A stretch of 32,000 nucleotides of DNA from an uncultured archaeon. Lineage in GTDB: Archaea > Iainarchaeota > Iainarchaeia > Iainarchaeales > JAAZKV01. The notes below the pieces were generated by a model. That model had not been told where the DNA came from, ran no database searches, and was given only the letters and a program-made list of their open reading frames with translations. This document shows, piece by piece, positions 17,712-26,856 of the stretch; the stretch's first letter is position 1; each line of letters opens with the position of its first letter. Location of the stretch: NCBI GenBank assembly GCA_964551375.1, contig CAZKBG010000001.1, positions 270,001 to 302,000 on the forward strand, in the 5' to 3' direction. Position numbers and translations under genes: made by a program.

Positions 17712-18458
17712 TTATATGCTAAGCTTTCCATCAATGAATCTAAAATAAATCATGCAAATTACAATTAAGCCCCCAAGAAGGAACCACCACTGGCGGGTCA
17801 AATCAACTTGAACAAAATTTCCTGCCTGAAGCAGAAGCTCAAAGCCCAAAACTATTACCCAAATCAAAACAGCCCACATTATCGCTTTTTTCCACCAGAC
17901 ATTAATGAACATCCCTCTGCTTCTTGCATGCTTCTTTTTTACAAACTCTTCATCAGTAAGTTCTCCGCTCGGCTCATCCCCCAAATCTTCTTCCCCATTT
18001 AATTCTGCTTCGCTCTCTCCATCAATAGGCTCTTCTTCGCCCGCAGCAGCCTCTTCTTCAGTTAATCCTTCTTCTCCTTCAGGAACTTCTTCGCCCAAAT
18101 CGACTGAATCAGCATCTGCTTCGTTTAAATCAGAATCATCTTCAGAAGGAACTTTTTCATATTCGCTGGGAAGTTTCTTTTTTGCATACCTGCTTTTCTT
18201 TGAATTAAAAATTCGGGCTAATCCTCTTGGCTCATCGCTTCCGCGAATAGTAAAATGCTGGGGTTTTTCATGAATTATAATAGGTTTTTCAACAATGAAA
18301 GTTTTTACCCTTGTCCGCTCTTTCTGTTCGGAAGGGAGCACATCTTTGTGCCTTGAAAAAAAGCCCTTATCAAATCCCTTTGGGGTTTCTTCAAAAACAG
18401 GCTTTTGAGATTTTGAAACAACTTTCTTTTTGGGCTTTGATTTTTTCTTTTGCGGCAT
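17712..18458 (-). CDS. Charged linker protein with C-terminal TM helices
   Basis: MPQKKKSKPKKKVV basic start, long Glu/Asp-rich stretch, then AIMWAVLIWVIVLGFELLL and WWFLLGGLIVICMIYF. Confidence 0.7.
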   Translation of the reverse strand: MPQKKKSKPKKKVVSKSQKPVFEETPKGFDKGFFSRHKDVLPSEQKERTRVKTFIVEKPIIIHEKPQHFTIRGSDEPRGLARIFNSKKSRYAKKKLPSEYEKVPSEDDSDLNEADADSVDLGEEVPEGEEGLTEEEAAAGEEEPIDGESEAELNGEEDLGDEPSGELTDEEFVKKKHARSRGMFINVWWKKAIMWAVLIWVIVLGFELLLQAGNFVQVDLTRQWWFLLGGLIVICMIYFRFIDGKLSI

Positions 18459-18584
18459 GATAGTAGTAGGAAAATGTGGTATTTAAGTGTTGCGTTAAAA
18501 GTAAGAAAACAGCCAAAATTAGAAAACTAAAGAGCAAAAACAGCCTCACAAAACCTTTAAATTGAAATAAAATATTCTATTCTA

Positions 18585-21500
18585 ATGCAAATAACAAAGA
18601 AACCAGCAAATTTCACGCTTATTTTAATCGCCTTATTAATCACAGCAAGTTTTGTTTTCGCAAGCACTCCCGGCGATATTTCCACCTGTCAAATTATTGA
18701 TACTCCGGGAACTTACAATCTTACAACAAATATTACAAATATAACCGCAAATTGCTTTGCAATATACTCCAGCAATGTGACGTTAAACGGAAACGGTCGC
18801 TTAATTGAAGGAACCAACACACTTGGAATGATGGGAGTTACAGTTTACAACTCATCAAACGTGACTGTCAGAAATTTAAAAATTAAGAACTTTGGCGGAT
18901 GCACAACTGGGTGCGGAGGGCAGGGAATGGCAGTTTGGAACACTTCCAACAGCACATTTTCAAACTTGGAATTTATTAACAATGTATACATGGGGGCATC
19001 CATTTACAGAAGCTCAAATGTGGCTCTTACAGACAGCAATATTTCTGGATCTACTTCATACGGAATATCGCTATTATCAAATTACAGCCCAAACCAAATC
19101 AATAATATACGAGTCAACGGAGGCGCATACGGAATATTTATTGGAGACACAAACAGCGCTCTGCTAAATAATATTTATGTTTCAAACACCAGTGAAGGAA
19201 TCACTCTTGTTGACAGCAATCGCAACACAATTACTAACTACACCGCCGAGGCGAATAATTATCCTCTGGTTTTTGCACGGGATAGTTATTACAATCAATT
19301 AAGCACGCTCAAGCTAGTTAACAACAATTCAGCAACCCTAATATTAACCGAGTCAAATAATAACACCTTTTTTGATGTGTCAATAACAGGCAGTTCGCCA
19401 GGCTCATTTTATGGAGAAGATTCTTTTCAAACCACTGCCGACAATCTTAATATTTTCACTCAAAATACTGACAGCTGGTGGCTATTTAACACTGGAAGCC
19501 TGACTACTCTTCAAAGACCTTTTGCAACATACAATAATCTGACACTTGGAAATCGCTACGGATCAGTAAAAACAAATCGATTAATATTCTCAATTGCAGA
19601 TGCTCCATTCATATCGCTTAGTGACATTAACATAACACAAAACCTCGTAAAAATAAGGGGCGCAGTTATACAATCCCCTTCTGTTGTAAATATGACTATA
19701 AGATTAAATGGCATTGGAAATATTCCTGCGCCAAAGGCAATGAACAGGGGAATAATATGCGACAGCAACTGTCAGCCAGTTCGTGCACTTGGAGACGGCA
19801 ATTATGAATTCATTGCAACTGTCTCAAGGGACTTTAATTATGCATTCAGCATTGCAAACAACCCGCCCCCACAAGTTGTGCATTTTCCTCCGGCGATAAC
19901 AATAACATCCGCAACAACAATTGCAAATGACTCCAACCAGTCAATAGTTCTTGCATTCAGCGCGACGACAACAGGCGCAACAATAACAAAATATTATGTT
20001 TCGGACAACAATATCAATTGGATAGACAATAACTTGAATACAACTTACACTTTCCTTAATCAAACAGCAGGAACACACAGATATTATGTAAAGGCAGACG
20101 ACAACTTTGGATTGACAAGCAATATTGCGTCAGCAAGCGCAACAATAGTGCCAATAATTATTGCCCCAGCGCCCAACCCAGTTGTTACAATAGGAGCCCC
20201 AACAAGCAGCAATTCAACAACCCCTTCAATTACAATTAATTATTCCGCAACTGCAAGCGCAAGCACAATAACTAATTATTATATTTCGGATAACAATACG
20301 GCTTGGATAGACAATAATTTGAATACATCATTCACCTTCCAAAACCAAACAATAGGAACCCATAATTATTATGTAAAAGCGGACGACAACTTCGGGCACA
20401 TGAGCAGCACTGCCTCAATTACAGTTAATATCACTCAGTCAAATCCTGGAACTACCACAATAACCTCACAGCCAACTGTTAACGGACAAAATTATTACCA
20501 AATTGATTCATGCATGACAATAGACAAGAACGGAGTGTATGATTTGAACAGGGATATTGATGGAATAAATGAGGACTGCTTTGTAATAACATCAAGCAAC
20601 GTAATACTGAATGGAAATAGGAATACAATAAGAGGAGTTGGGGCGGCAGCTTCTGATTACTGGGGAGTTGCAGTTCTTAACGCGTCAAATGTATCAATAA
20701 TAGGACTTCAAATAAAGAACTTTGGAGATTCCAACTGCGCAAGCAGCTGCGACAGCGGAGGACTTTACGCGCAAAATATGAGAAGATCCTCAATTGAAAA
20801 TGTATCAGCAAACCTAAACTCAAGAGGAGCGTATCTTGATAATTCCAGCAACAATGAAATCTCAAACCTAAATACAAACTATAATAAGTACGGGCTTGGG
20901 TTAAACAAAAGCACAAATAATTCTTTTGAAAATCTGACAAATTACCAAAACACCCATGGAATTTCGCTTCTTTTTAATTCAAACAATAATTCATTCACTT
21001 TAACAAACACCGTTGAAAACTCTGAGGGAATAATAATCAACGCAAGCAAAAATAACTCATTTAGGGCGATTAATTCAAGCAAAAACAAAGGATACGGGCT
21101 TAACATTCAAAACGGCGCAAGCTCCAACACTTTTGAAGATGTTCTTCTAAAAGACAATGATTACGGATTGAGCATTGATTCAAGCAAATTAAATTTATTT
21201 AACATGCTCACAATTGAAAACCCTCTATCCCAGTGGATGCAGGTGATGGACAGCAACGCAGGAACTGAATTTTCGCATTTAACGCTAAAATCTTTGGACG
21301 GGGAAATTGAATTTGAACTAGTTAAGCTTCCTGCGAGAAGCTCAATTGTAATGGATAAGGCAAACCTAAATATTACAAAAAATGAAATTTCAATACTTAC
21401 CGAGACTGGCGAGCTTGATTTCTTAAAAGATTTAAATGCCAACCTGATGCTGGCAGGAGTAAGCGGAATAATTAATCCCCTTGCGCAAAATAATCTAAAA

Positions 21501-22508
21501 GACTGCAACAGCACATGCTCAAAAATAGAAACAGCATCAGGAAATACTTACCTGTTTGAGGCAACTTTAACTGATTCTTCAATTAACAGCTTTTCAGTAA
21601 AAAATACCGGAACTGCCCCAGTATCACCCCCTCAAGTTGAAACAAACAAATTCACAAAAATAATGATTTCAAATGATTTGGGGCAGAATCCAAAATCAAT
21701 AATGCCAAACGGAATGACTCCAACAGACCTTGAAATTAAAAGAAGCGTTGAACGCGAGCAGACATTCGGCGGAAAGTACACTTTCACCCTCACTCTCAAA
21801 AACAAATCAACAGAGGATATGAATGGATTAAGAATTGTGGAGTCAATTCCAAAAAATGTTGCAGAAAACGTAAGCCAATTGACTTTCTCAATCCAACCTA
21901 CAAGAATAATTAAAAGCGACCCTATTGTGCAGTGGGATATTAATTCACTAAAGAAAGGAGCGACAAAAATAATCACTTACAGAGTTGCAACTCTTGCAAG
22001 CCCAGGGCTTGACGGACCAAATTTTACGACACTATTCAACCAATACCCTGCCCCAATAACCGCAGTTCCTGAAACTGAGCAGGTTATAGTTCAACCCCCT
22101 GCATTATGCGAACCAACTCAGTGCGATGACAATGATTTATGCACGGAAGAACTGTGCATAGCAAATAAATGCGTTCATAAAAGAATTGAAACAAATGAAT
22201 GCAAAAACCCTCAAACCGAGCAGGGGAATTTGCTTGAAAATCCGATTATTTGGGGATTGATTATAGTTATTTTAATTATTGCAGGAATATTTGGGTTCTT
22301 TATGTACAGAAATTATATAAAAACAAAAAAGCTTGAAAAAGAAGCGGAAGAGCTTCTGGCCCATCCAAAACAAGTTGCAATAGCGCCTAAACAAACTTCA
22401 AATAAAACAAAAGCAAAGGAAATAATGAAAGAAACTTTAATGAAATCGCTAAAAGAAGCGGCAAAAGAAACCAAAACAAGCGAAAAGAAAGCTAAGAAAA
22501 CAAAGTAA
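18585..22508 (+). CDS. Large surface-anchored protein with two beta-helix regions and tandem Ig-like domains
   Basis: Signal peptide (FTLILIALLITASFVFAS), NosD-like repeats, tandem Ig-like domains, Cys-rich CDDNDLCTEELCIANKCVH module, C-terminal TM (GLIIVILIIAGIFGFFMY) and basic tail. Confidence 0.88.
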   Translation: MQITKKPANFTLILIALLITASFVFASTPGDISTCQIIDTPGTYNLTTNITNITANCFAIYSSNVTLNGNGRLIEGTNTLGMMGVTVYNSSNVTVRNLKIKNFGGCTTGCGGQGMAVWNTSNSTFSNLEFINNVYMGASIYRSSNVALTDSNISGSTSYGISLLSNYSPNQINNIRVNGGAYGIFIGDTNSALLNNIYVSNTSEGITLVDSNRNTITNYTAEANNYPLVFARDSYYNQLSTLKLVNNNSATLILTESNNNTFFDVSITGSSPGSFYGEDSFQTTADNLNIFTQNTDSWWLFNTGSLTTLQRPFATYNNLTLGNRYGSVKTNRLIFSIADAPFISLSDINITQNLVKIRGAVIQSPSVVNMTIRLNGIGNIPAPKAMNRGIICDSNCQPVRALGDGNYEFIATVSRDFNYAFSIANNPPPQVVHFPPAITITSATTIANDSNQSIVLAFSATTTGATITKYYVSDNNINWIDNNLNTTYTFLNQTAGTHRYYVKADDNFGLTSNIASASATIVPIIIAPAPNPVVTIGAPTSSNSTTPSITINYSATASASTITNYYISDNNTAWIDNNLNTSFTFQNQTIGTHNYYVKADDNFGHMSSTASITVNITQSNPGTTTITSQPTVNGQNYYQIDSCMTIDKNGVYDLNRDIDGINEDCFVITSSNVILNGNRNTIRGVGAAASDYWGVAVLNASNVSIIGLQIKNFGDSNCASSCDSGGLYAQNMRRSSIENVSANLNSRGAYLDNSSNNEISNLNTNYNKYGLGLNKSTNNSFENLTNYQNTHGISLLFNSNNNSFTLTNTVENSEGIIINASKNNSFRAINSSKNKGYGLNIQNGASSNTFEDVLLKDNDYGLSIDSSKLNLFNMLTIENPLSQWMQVMDSNAGTEFSHLTLKSLDGEIEFELVKLPARSSIVMDKANLNITKNEISILTETGELDFLKDLNANLMLAGVSGIINPLAQNNLKDCNSTCSKIETASGNTYLFEATLTDSSINSFSVKNTGTAPVSPPQVETNKFTKIMISNDLGQNPKSIMPNGMTPTDLEIKRSVEREQTFGGKYTFTLTLKNKSTEDMNGLRIVESIPKNVAENVSQLTFSIQPTRIIKSDPIVQWDINSLKKGATKIITYRVATLASPGLDGPNFTTLFNQYPAPITAVPETEQVIVQPPALCEPTQCDDNDLCTEELCIANKCVHKRIETNECKNPQTEQGNLLENPIIWGLIIVILIIAGIFGFFMYRNYIKTKKLEKEAEELLAHPKQVAIAPKQTSNKTKAKEIMKETLMKSLKEAAKETKTSEKKAKKTK
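19860..20445 (+). repeat. Tandem pair of Ig-like domain coding repeats
   Basis: Two units of about 95 codons with WIDNNLNT(T/S)(Y/F)(T/F)(F/T) and YYVKADDNFG. DNA GGATAGACAATAA(C/T)TTGAATACA occurs at 20020-20042 and 20305-20327, 285 bp apart. Confidence 0.85.
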
Positions 22509-22592
22509 CTAATTAAATTGACTAATTAAATACCAAAAACAGAACTTTATTTTTTATTAATTTAAGCGAATTGATTATTTACGTAAATTAAC

Positions 22593-23384
22593 TTAAGCTC
22601 CTTCAGGGATTAGCTTTACAAATATGTCCCCAAAAAACTCATTCTGATAAGCAATAATCTTGCCGTTGTTCATCAAAAACAACACTGGAAGGAAGGTATC
22701 CACAACAGAATCAACCTCTTTGTCTAAAATTAAGTCATTAAACATCACAAGCCCCTGCGAATCAACTTTTGACTTGATTAAATTAAACACTTCCTCAAGC
22801 TTCTCTTCAATTGAAACAGAGCTGAAGTTAAGCTCAATACGAGGAATATTTCTAATAGAGCCTTTTCTTGGAGTGGTTCTTTGAATAATATCCTCAATGC
22901 TTAACACAAGCTCATCAAGCGTAATCCTTCCCTCTCTTGCCATTCTATTGCTCATCAAATCAGGAATCTGGGCAAGCATCATTGCGCGCTGTTCCTCAGT
23001 GAGCGCCGGCTTTACTTCATCCTCGTCAAGAGAACTTAAGCGCAAATACTTTGATTTTGTCTTAACCAAAATCGCGCAAGCTAATATTGCATTAGCAGGC
23101 ACTCTCAAATTGTTTCCCTCAAGCTCGTTTATTTTTTTTATATACTTTTCAGCCAAGTTCACAACATCAATATCCCAAGGATTCATCTTTTCAGTCTCAA
23201 CTAAATCAAGAAGAATTGTTTTCCAAGCAGGCTGGTCAATTAAATCAACCAAATCCATCTTTGAATAATCCCTCTCAAACTCTTTTTCATTGCTCTCAAG
23301 AGATTCAATATCTTTAGCAGACTCAAGCGCTTCATTTTCAGCGTCGCTAGGCGTACTTGAGTGAATTGGCAAGTCTTTAGGCAT
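22593..23384 (-). CDS. scpA: Segregation and condensation protein A (ScpA kleisin)
   Basis: LLDLVETEKMNPWDIDVVNLAEKYIKKI, NAILACAILVKTKSKYLRL and a C-terminal winged-helix segment. Confidence 0.93.
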   Translation of the reverse strand: MPKDLPIHSSTPSDAENEALESAKDIESLESNEKEFERDYSKMDLVDLIDQPAWKTILLDLVETEKMNPWDIDVVNLAEKYIKKINELEGNNLRVPANAILACAILVKTKSKYLRLSSLDEDEVKPALTEEQRAMMLAQIPDLMSNRMAREGRITLDELVLSIEDIIQRTTPRKGSIRNIPRIELNFSSVSIEEKLEEVFNLIKSKVDSQGLVMFNDLILDKEVDSVVDTFLPVLFLMNNGKIIAYQNEFFGDIFVKLIPEGA

Positions 23385-23493
23385 ACCAGATTAACATCAT
23401 AAGATAATTATTAAACTTTCGAATGAGCATTTAACGGCTTCAAAAAGACTTAAATACCACTTAAAACTATATTTGCGATACTAAGGTGGTTTT

Positions 23494-24204
23494 GTGGAAC
23501 GAACAAAAACAGGAATACCAGGTCTTGACGAATTATTAAACGGCGGAATACCAAAAGGAAGCAACGTGCTTGTAGCAGGCGGAGCAGGAACAGGAAAAAC
23601 AATAATGGCTACCCAATACTTATACAACGGAGCGCTGCAATTCGGCGAGCCGGGAGTATTTGTTACACTTGAAGGAAATGTAAGAGATATCGCATGGAAC
23701 ATGGAAAGCTTCCAGTGGGATATTAAAGCACTGCAGGACCAGGGAATGTTCACAATCTACCGACTTGGAATGGAACAAATGAAAGACAGGGAATTAATTG
23801 AAGAAAGACTTGAAGAACAGCTCCACGAAATAGCAAAAGAAGTTGAAGATATTAACGCAAAAAGACTTGTAGTTGACTCAACCACAGTATTTGGAGCATA
23901 CCTTGACCCAAGTTTACTTAGAACAACTTTATTCAAATTCTGCGACAGATTAAAATCATTCGGATGCACTACAGTTCTAACTTCAGAAACGCCTCCAAGC
24001 AAAACAAGCTTTTCGGCATTTGGTGTTGAAGAATTTGTTGTGGACGGAGTAATAGCAATGTACTTCTCCCCTCCAAATAGAAGTTTGTTTGTGAGAAAAA
24101 TGAGAGGAACTCCCCACGATTCAAACCCGCACCCATTATCAATAACACCGCAAGGAATAATGGTAAACCCAAGAGACAATATAATTTGGGACGCAATCAA
24201 ATAA
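23494..24204 (+). CDS. KaiC/RadA-family single-domain ATPase
   Basis: GIPGLDELLNGGIPKGSNVLVAGGAGTGKTIMATQYLYNGA, Walker B-like KRLVVDSTT; GTG start preceded by AAGGTGG. Confidence 0.92.
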   Translation: MERTKTGIPGLDELLNGGIPKGSNVLVAGGAGTGKTIMATQYLYNGALQFGEPGVFVTLEGNVRDIAWNMESFQWDIKALQDQGMFTIYRLGMEQMKDRELIEERLEEQLHEIAKEVEDINAKRLVVDSTTVFGAYLDPSLLRTTLFKFCDRLKSFGCTTVLTSETPPSKTSFSAFGVEEFVVDGVIAMYFSPPNRSLFVRKMRGTPHDSNPHPLSITPQGIMVNPRDNIIWDAIK

Positions 24205-24235
24205 ACATAAAAATTGATTCGATTGGGCAGTTGTT

Positions 24236-24910
24236 ATGAAAGTAACAAAATACGCCCAGTCTTGTATTCTAATCCAAACCAGTACCTCTAAGATACTTGT
24301 GGACCCTGGGCACTTACTACTTGATGAAACTGCCATAAACGCTTGGATGCATCCAGATTTCATTTTAATCACCCACAAACACGGCGACCACTTCCATGAA
24401 GAAAGCGTTAAGCGAATAATTACGCCAAAAACAATTATTTACTCCACAAAAGAGGTTGCAAGTTTTTACCCAAATACTAAATTCAAAATTATAAAGCAGG
24501 GAAACAAATTCATGCTTGGAAAGAAGGAATCGGGGATTGAAGTTGAAGTAGTGAAAGGAGTGCACGGATACCTCCCGCAGCTTAAAGGGCCAAAAGAAGT
24601 AAATGAAGCGATTGGATATATTTTCACGGATAATGCAAGCGGCAAGAAACTTTACCACACAGGAGACACTATTTGCTTCAAGAATGAATACAAATGCAAT
24701 GTGATAATGCTCCCAGTAAATAATCACGGGGTTTGCATGGGAGCATTTGATGCCGCAATGTTTGCAAAAGAAACCGGAGCGGAATTAGTTATACCAATTC
24801 ACTATGATAACCAAGTATTTCCAGCAGATATGAATAAGGTTGAAGAAGAATTCAAAAAAGCAGGACTCAATTACAAAATATTAAAAATAGGCGAAAGCAT
24901 TGAGCTTTAG
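24236..24910 (+). CDS. MBL-fold metal-dependent hydrolase
   Basis: LITHKHGDHFHEES, LYHTGDT and IPIHYDN metal-ligand motifs. Confidence 0.9.
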   Translation: MKVTKYAQSCILIQTSTSKILVDPGHLLLDETAINAWMHPDFILITHKHGDHFHEESVKRIITPKTIIYSTKEVASFYPNTKFKIIKQGNKFMLGKKESGIEVEVVKGVHGYLPQLKGPKEVNEAIGYIFTDNASGKKLYHTGDTICFKNEYKCNVIMLPVNNHGVCMGAFDAAMFAKETGAELVIPIHYDNQVFPADMNKVEEEFKKAGLNYKILKIGESIEL

Positions 24911-24962
24911 AGCCCATGCTTTCAATTCAAAAACTTTAATTCAAACTTAAACTGCTGTTAAA

Positions 24963-25631
24963 CTACTTCATTAATGAAATAATTATCTTATCCGCTCTTG
25001 ATATTGACTCTTCAGCAGAAACATTTCCATCATAGCTCTTCACAAGCCCTTTTTTTGAGTAATAATCAATCAATGGAGATGTCTGCTTCATATAAACATC
25101 AAACCTTTTTGCGATTGTTTCAGCCTTATCATCATCCCTCTGCTCAAGTTTTGCGCCTTCAATATCACAAACACCCTCATTTTTTGGAGGAAATGAAATT
25201 GAATTATATACCTTCTTGCACTTAGGGCAAATCCATCTTGAAGAAAGTCTTTTCACAACATTTTCTTTTGAAGAATCAATATAAATTACCGCAGTTAGCT
25301 TTTGATTTAATTTGGATAAAATACTATTCAGCATTTCCGCCTGATTAAGAGTCCTTGGAAAGCCGTCAAACACAACCCCTTCAAAACCTTTTTTTGCAAT
25401 AACTTTTTTTAATTCTGATTCAAATATTTTTCCCACAATACTATCAGAAACAAGATTTCCGCCGTTAATGGTTTTTTTCATTTCCTTCCCAAGTTTTGAA
25501 CCGCGTTCAACTTCAGCCCTGATTAAATCCCCTGTTGAAAGCTGAACAAGCCCGTGCTTGCCCATTAAAGCCTGAGAAACAATTCCTTTCCCCGCGCCAG
25601 GAGGCCCTAAAAAAATCAAGTTTAATACCAT
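24963..25631 (-). CDS. adk: Adenylate kinase, bacterial-type with zinc-lid remnants
   Basis: LIFLGPPGAGKG, LSTGDLIRAEVERGSKLG, VFDGFPRTLNQAE, lid CPKCKKVYNSISFPPKNEGVCDIEG and QRDDD; ATG preceded by GGTGAG. Confidence 0.94.
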   Translation of the reverse strand: MVLNLIFLGPPGAGKGIVSQALMGKHGLVQLSTGDLIRAEVERGSKLGKEMKKTINGGNLVSDSIVGKIFESELKKVIAKKGFEGVVFDGFPRTLNQAEMLNSILSKLNQKLTAVIYIDSSKENVVKRLSSRWICPKCKKVYNSISFPPKNEGVCDIEGAKLEQRDDDKAETIAKRFDVYMKQTSPLIDYYSKKGLVKSYDGNVSAEESISRADKIIISLMK

Positions 25632-25742
25632 AAACTCACCGCAAAGATTTGAGAGAATGAATTTAAAAGCCAAACGCCCGCAAACATAAAACAGTCATAT
25701 TTTGATTATGTGCAAAACAAAGCGGATTAATTCAAATTAGCA

Positions 25743-26777
25743 TCAGGATAATTTTGTTTTTCCAGTGTTAACTATCAAAATCTTCTTTTTTCTGTCAATT
25801 GAATTCTTCATCTGAAGCATCATTGCGAGTCCCGCAATTCCGCTCGGCTCAGTATTAATATTCTGGTTTGCCGCAATCACCATCGCTTCATCCAAATACT
25901 GCTCTCTCAATGTAAAAACTCCAGAAAGCTGATTGCAATACCCTGCGGAGCGGAAAATATGAATCCACTGCTCGTTATAATAAGAAAAAGGATTGTGAGG
26001 AGCATAAAGTTTCTCTGCTTTTGAAGAAGGATTATTTGTTGTCGCTCCAAAAAAACAGCAGTTTCTCAATACTTTAACATCGCCAAGAAGTCTTGGGTCA
26101 TGAACTGAAGCGCTCACTTCTCTTTTATTTACATTTAAAATATTTTGGTAAAGATTTCCTGTTCCAAAAGGAACAAAGCAATAATCAGGAGAGCTGTTTA
26201 AAATTTCATAACTCAGCCAGTCATAATAATTTGTAGTCGGGCCAAATGCATCCGCAGAAGTAATGTCAAAGCCGTTAATGTTATTCGTAAGCTCAAGAAC
26301 TTCCTTCCAGCTCAATGCCTTCTTAGCCAAATCTCTCATATACACGTTGCAGCCGATTTTCTCAATCGCGCTCACAAGCTCTTTTTTCATTGAAACATCA
26401 ACAAGCACATTAAGATTTGGAAGATTGTAGCGCTTTAGCATTGTTTGAACTGCAATCGCAGCAGAGCCTGATGAAATTAGTGACAAACTTGGAAGCTCTT
26501 CATCCACCTGATTTCGCTTTCTTGCAAGCAAAAAATCACGATACATTACCACCATTTCCCAAGCCATTCTGTCCTTGTGAGTGCCTGTCGGATTGTGGCT
26601 CTCATCTTTTAGCCAGACGTTAGAAAAGCCGGGAACTTCAATTTTATAAGTAGGAGTGGATGGAAATTTAGGGTTATGAGGCGGAAATTCAGGCTTATTA
26701 GGATCATTTTCAGAATCAACCTTGATTGAAGCTAAAATTCGCTCATACTCTTTTGATAAAGCCAAAAATTTCACCAA
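25743..26777 (-). CDS. Threonine-synthase-like PLP-dependent enzyme
   Basis: WLKDESHNPTGTHKDRMAWEMV (PLP lysine), SLISSGSAAIAV, FVPFGTGNLYQNI and NTEPSGIAGLAMM. Start uncertain (TTG or adjacent GTG). Confidence 0.82.
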   Translation of the reverse strand: MVKFLALSKEYERILASIKVDSENDPNKPEFPPHNPKFPSTPTYKIEVPGFSNVWLKDESHNPTGTHKDRMAWEMVVMYRDFLLARKRNQVDEELPSLSLISSGSAAIAVQTMLKRYNLPNLNVLVDVSMKKELVSAIEKIGCNVYMRDLAKKALSWKEVLELTNNINGFDITSADAFGPTTNYYDWLSYEILNSSPDYCFVPFGTGNLYQNILNVNKREVSASVHDPRLLGDVKVLRNCCFFGATTNNPSSKAEKLYAPHNPFSYYNEQWIHIFRSAGYCNQLSGVFTLREQYLDEAMVIAANQNINTEPSGIAGLAMMLQMKNSIDRKKKILIVNTGKTKLS

Positions 26778-26856
26778 TTAATGTTCAAAGTTACACTAAA
26801 TTAATTTAACAAAAGCCCTTTTAAACTAATTTTTCACACCGTCAGTCGCATACTGA

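Noticed and set aside
18892-19167. Alternate-frame ORF of 91 aa inside the surface protein gene.
   Set aside because: The enclosing frame has a clear signal peptide and repeat structure throughout; the alternate ORF has low-complexity composition expected from out-of-frame reading of Asn/Thr-rich repeats.
23481-24200. Minus-strand ORFs opposite the KaiC-family ATPase.
   Set aside because: Sense frame carries intact Walker motifs and a GTG start with SD; antisense products show no recognisable domain.
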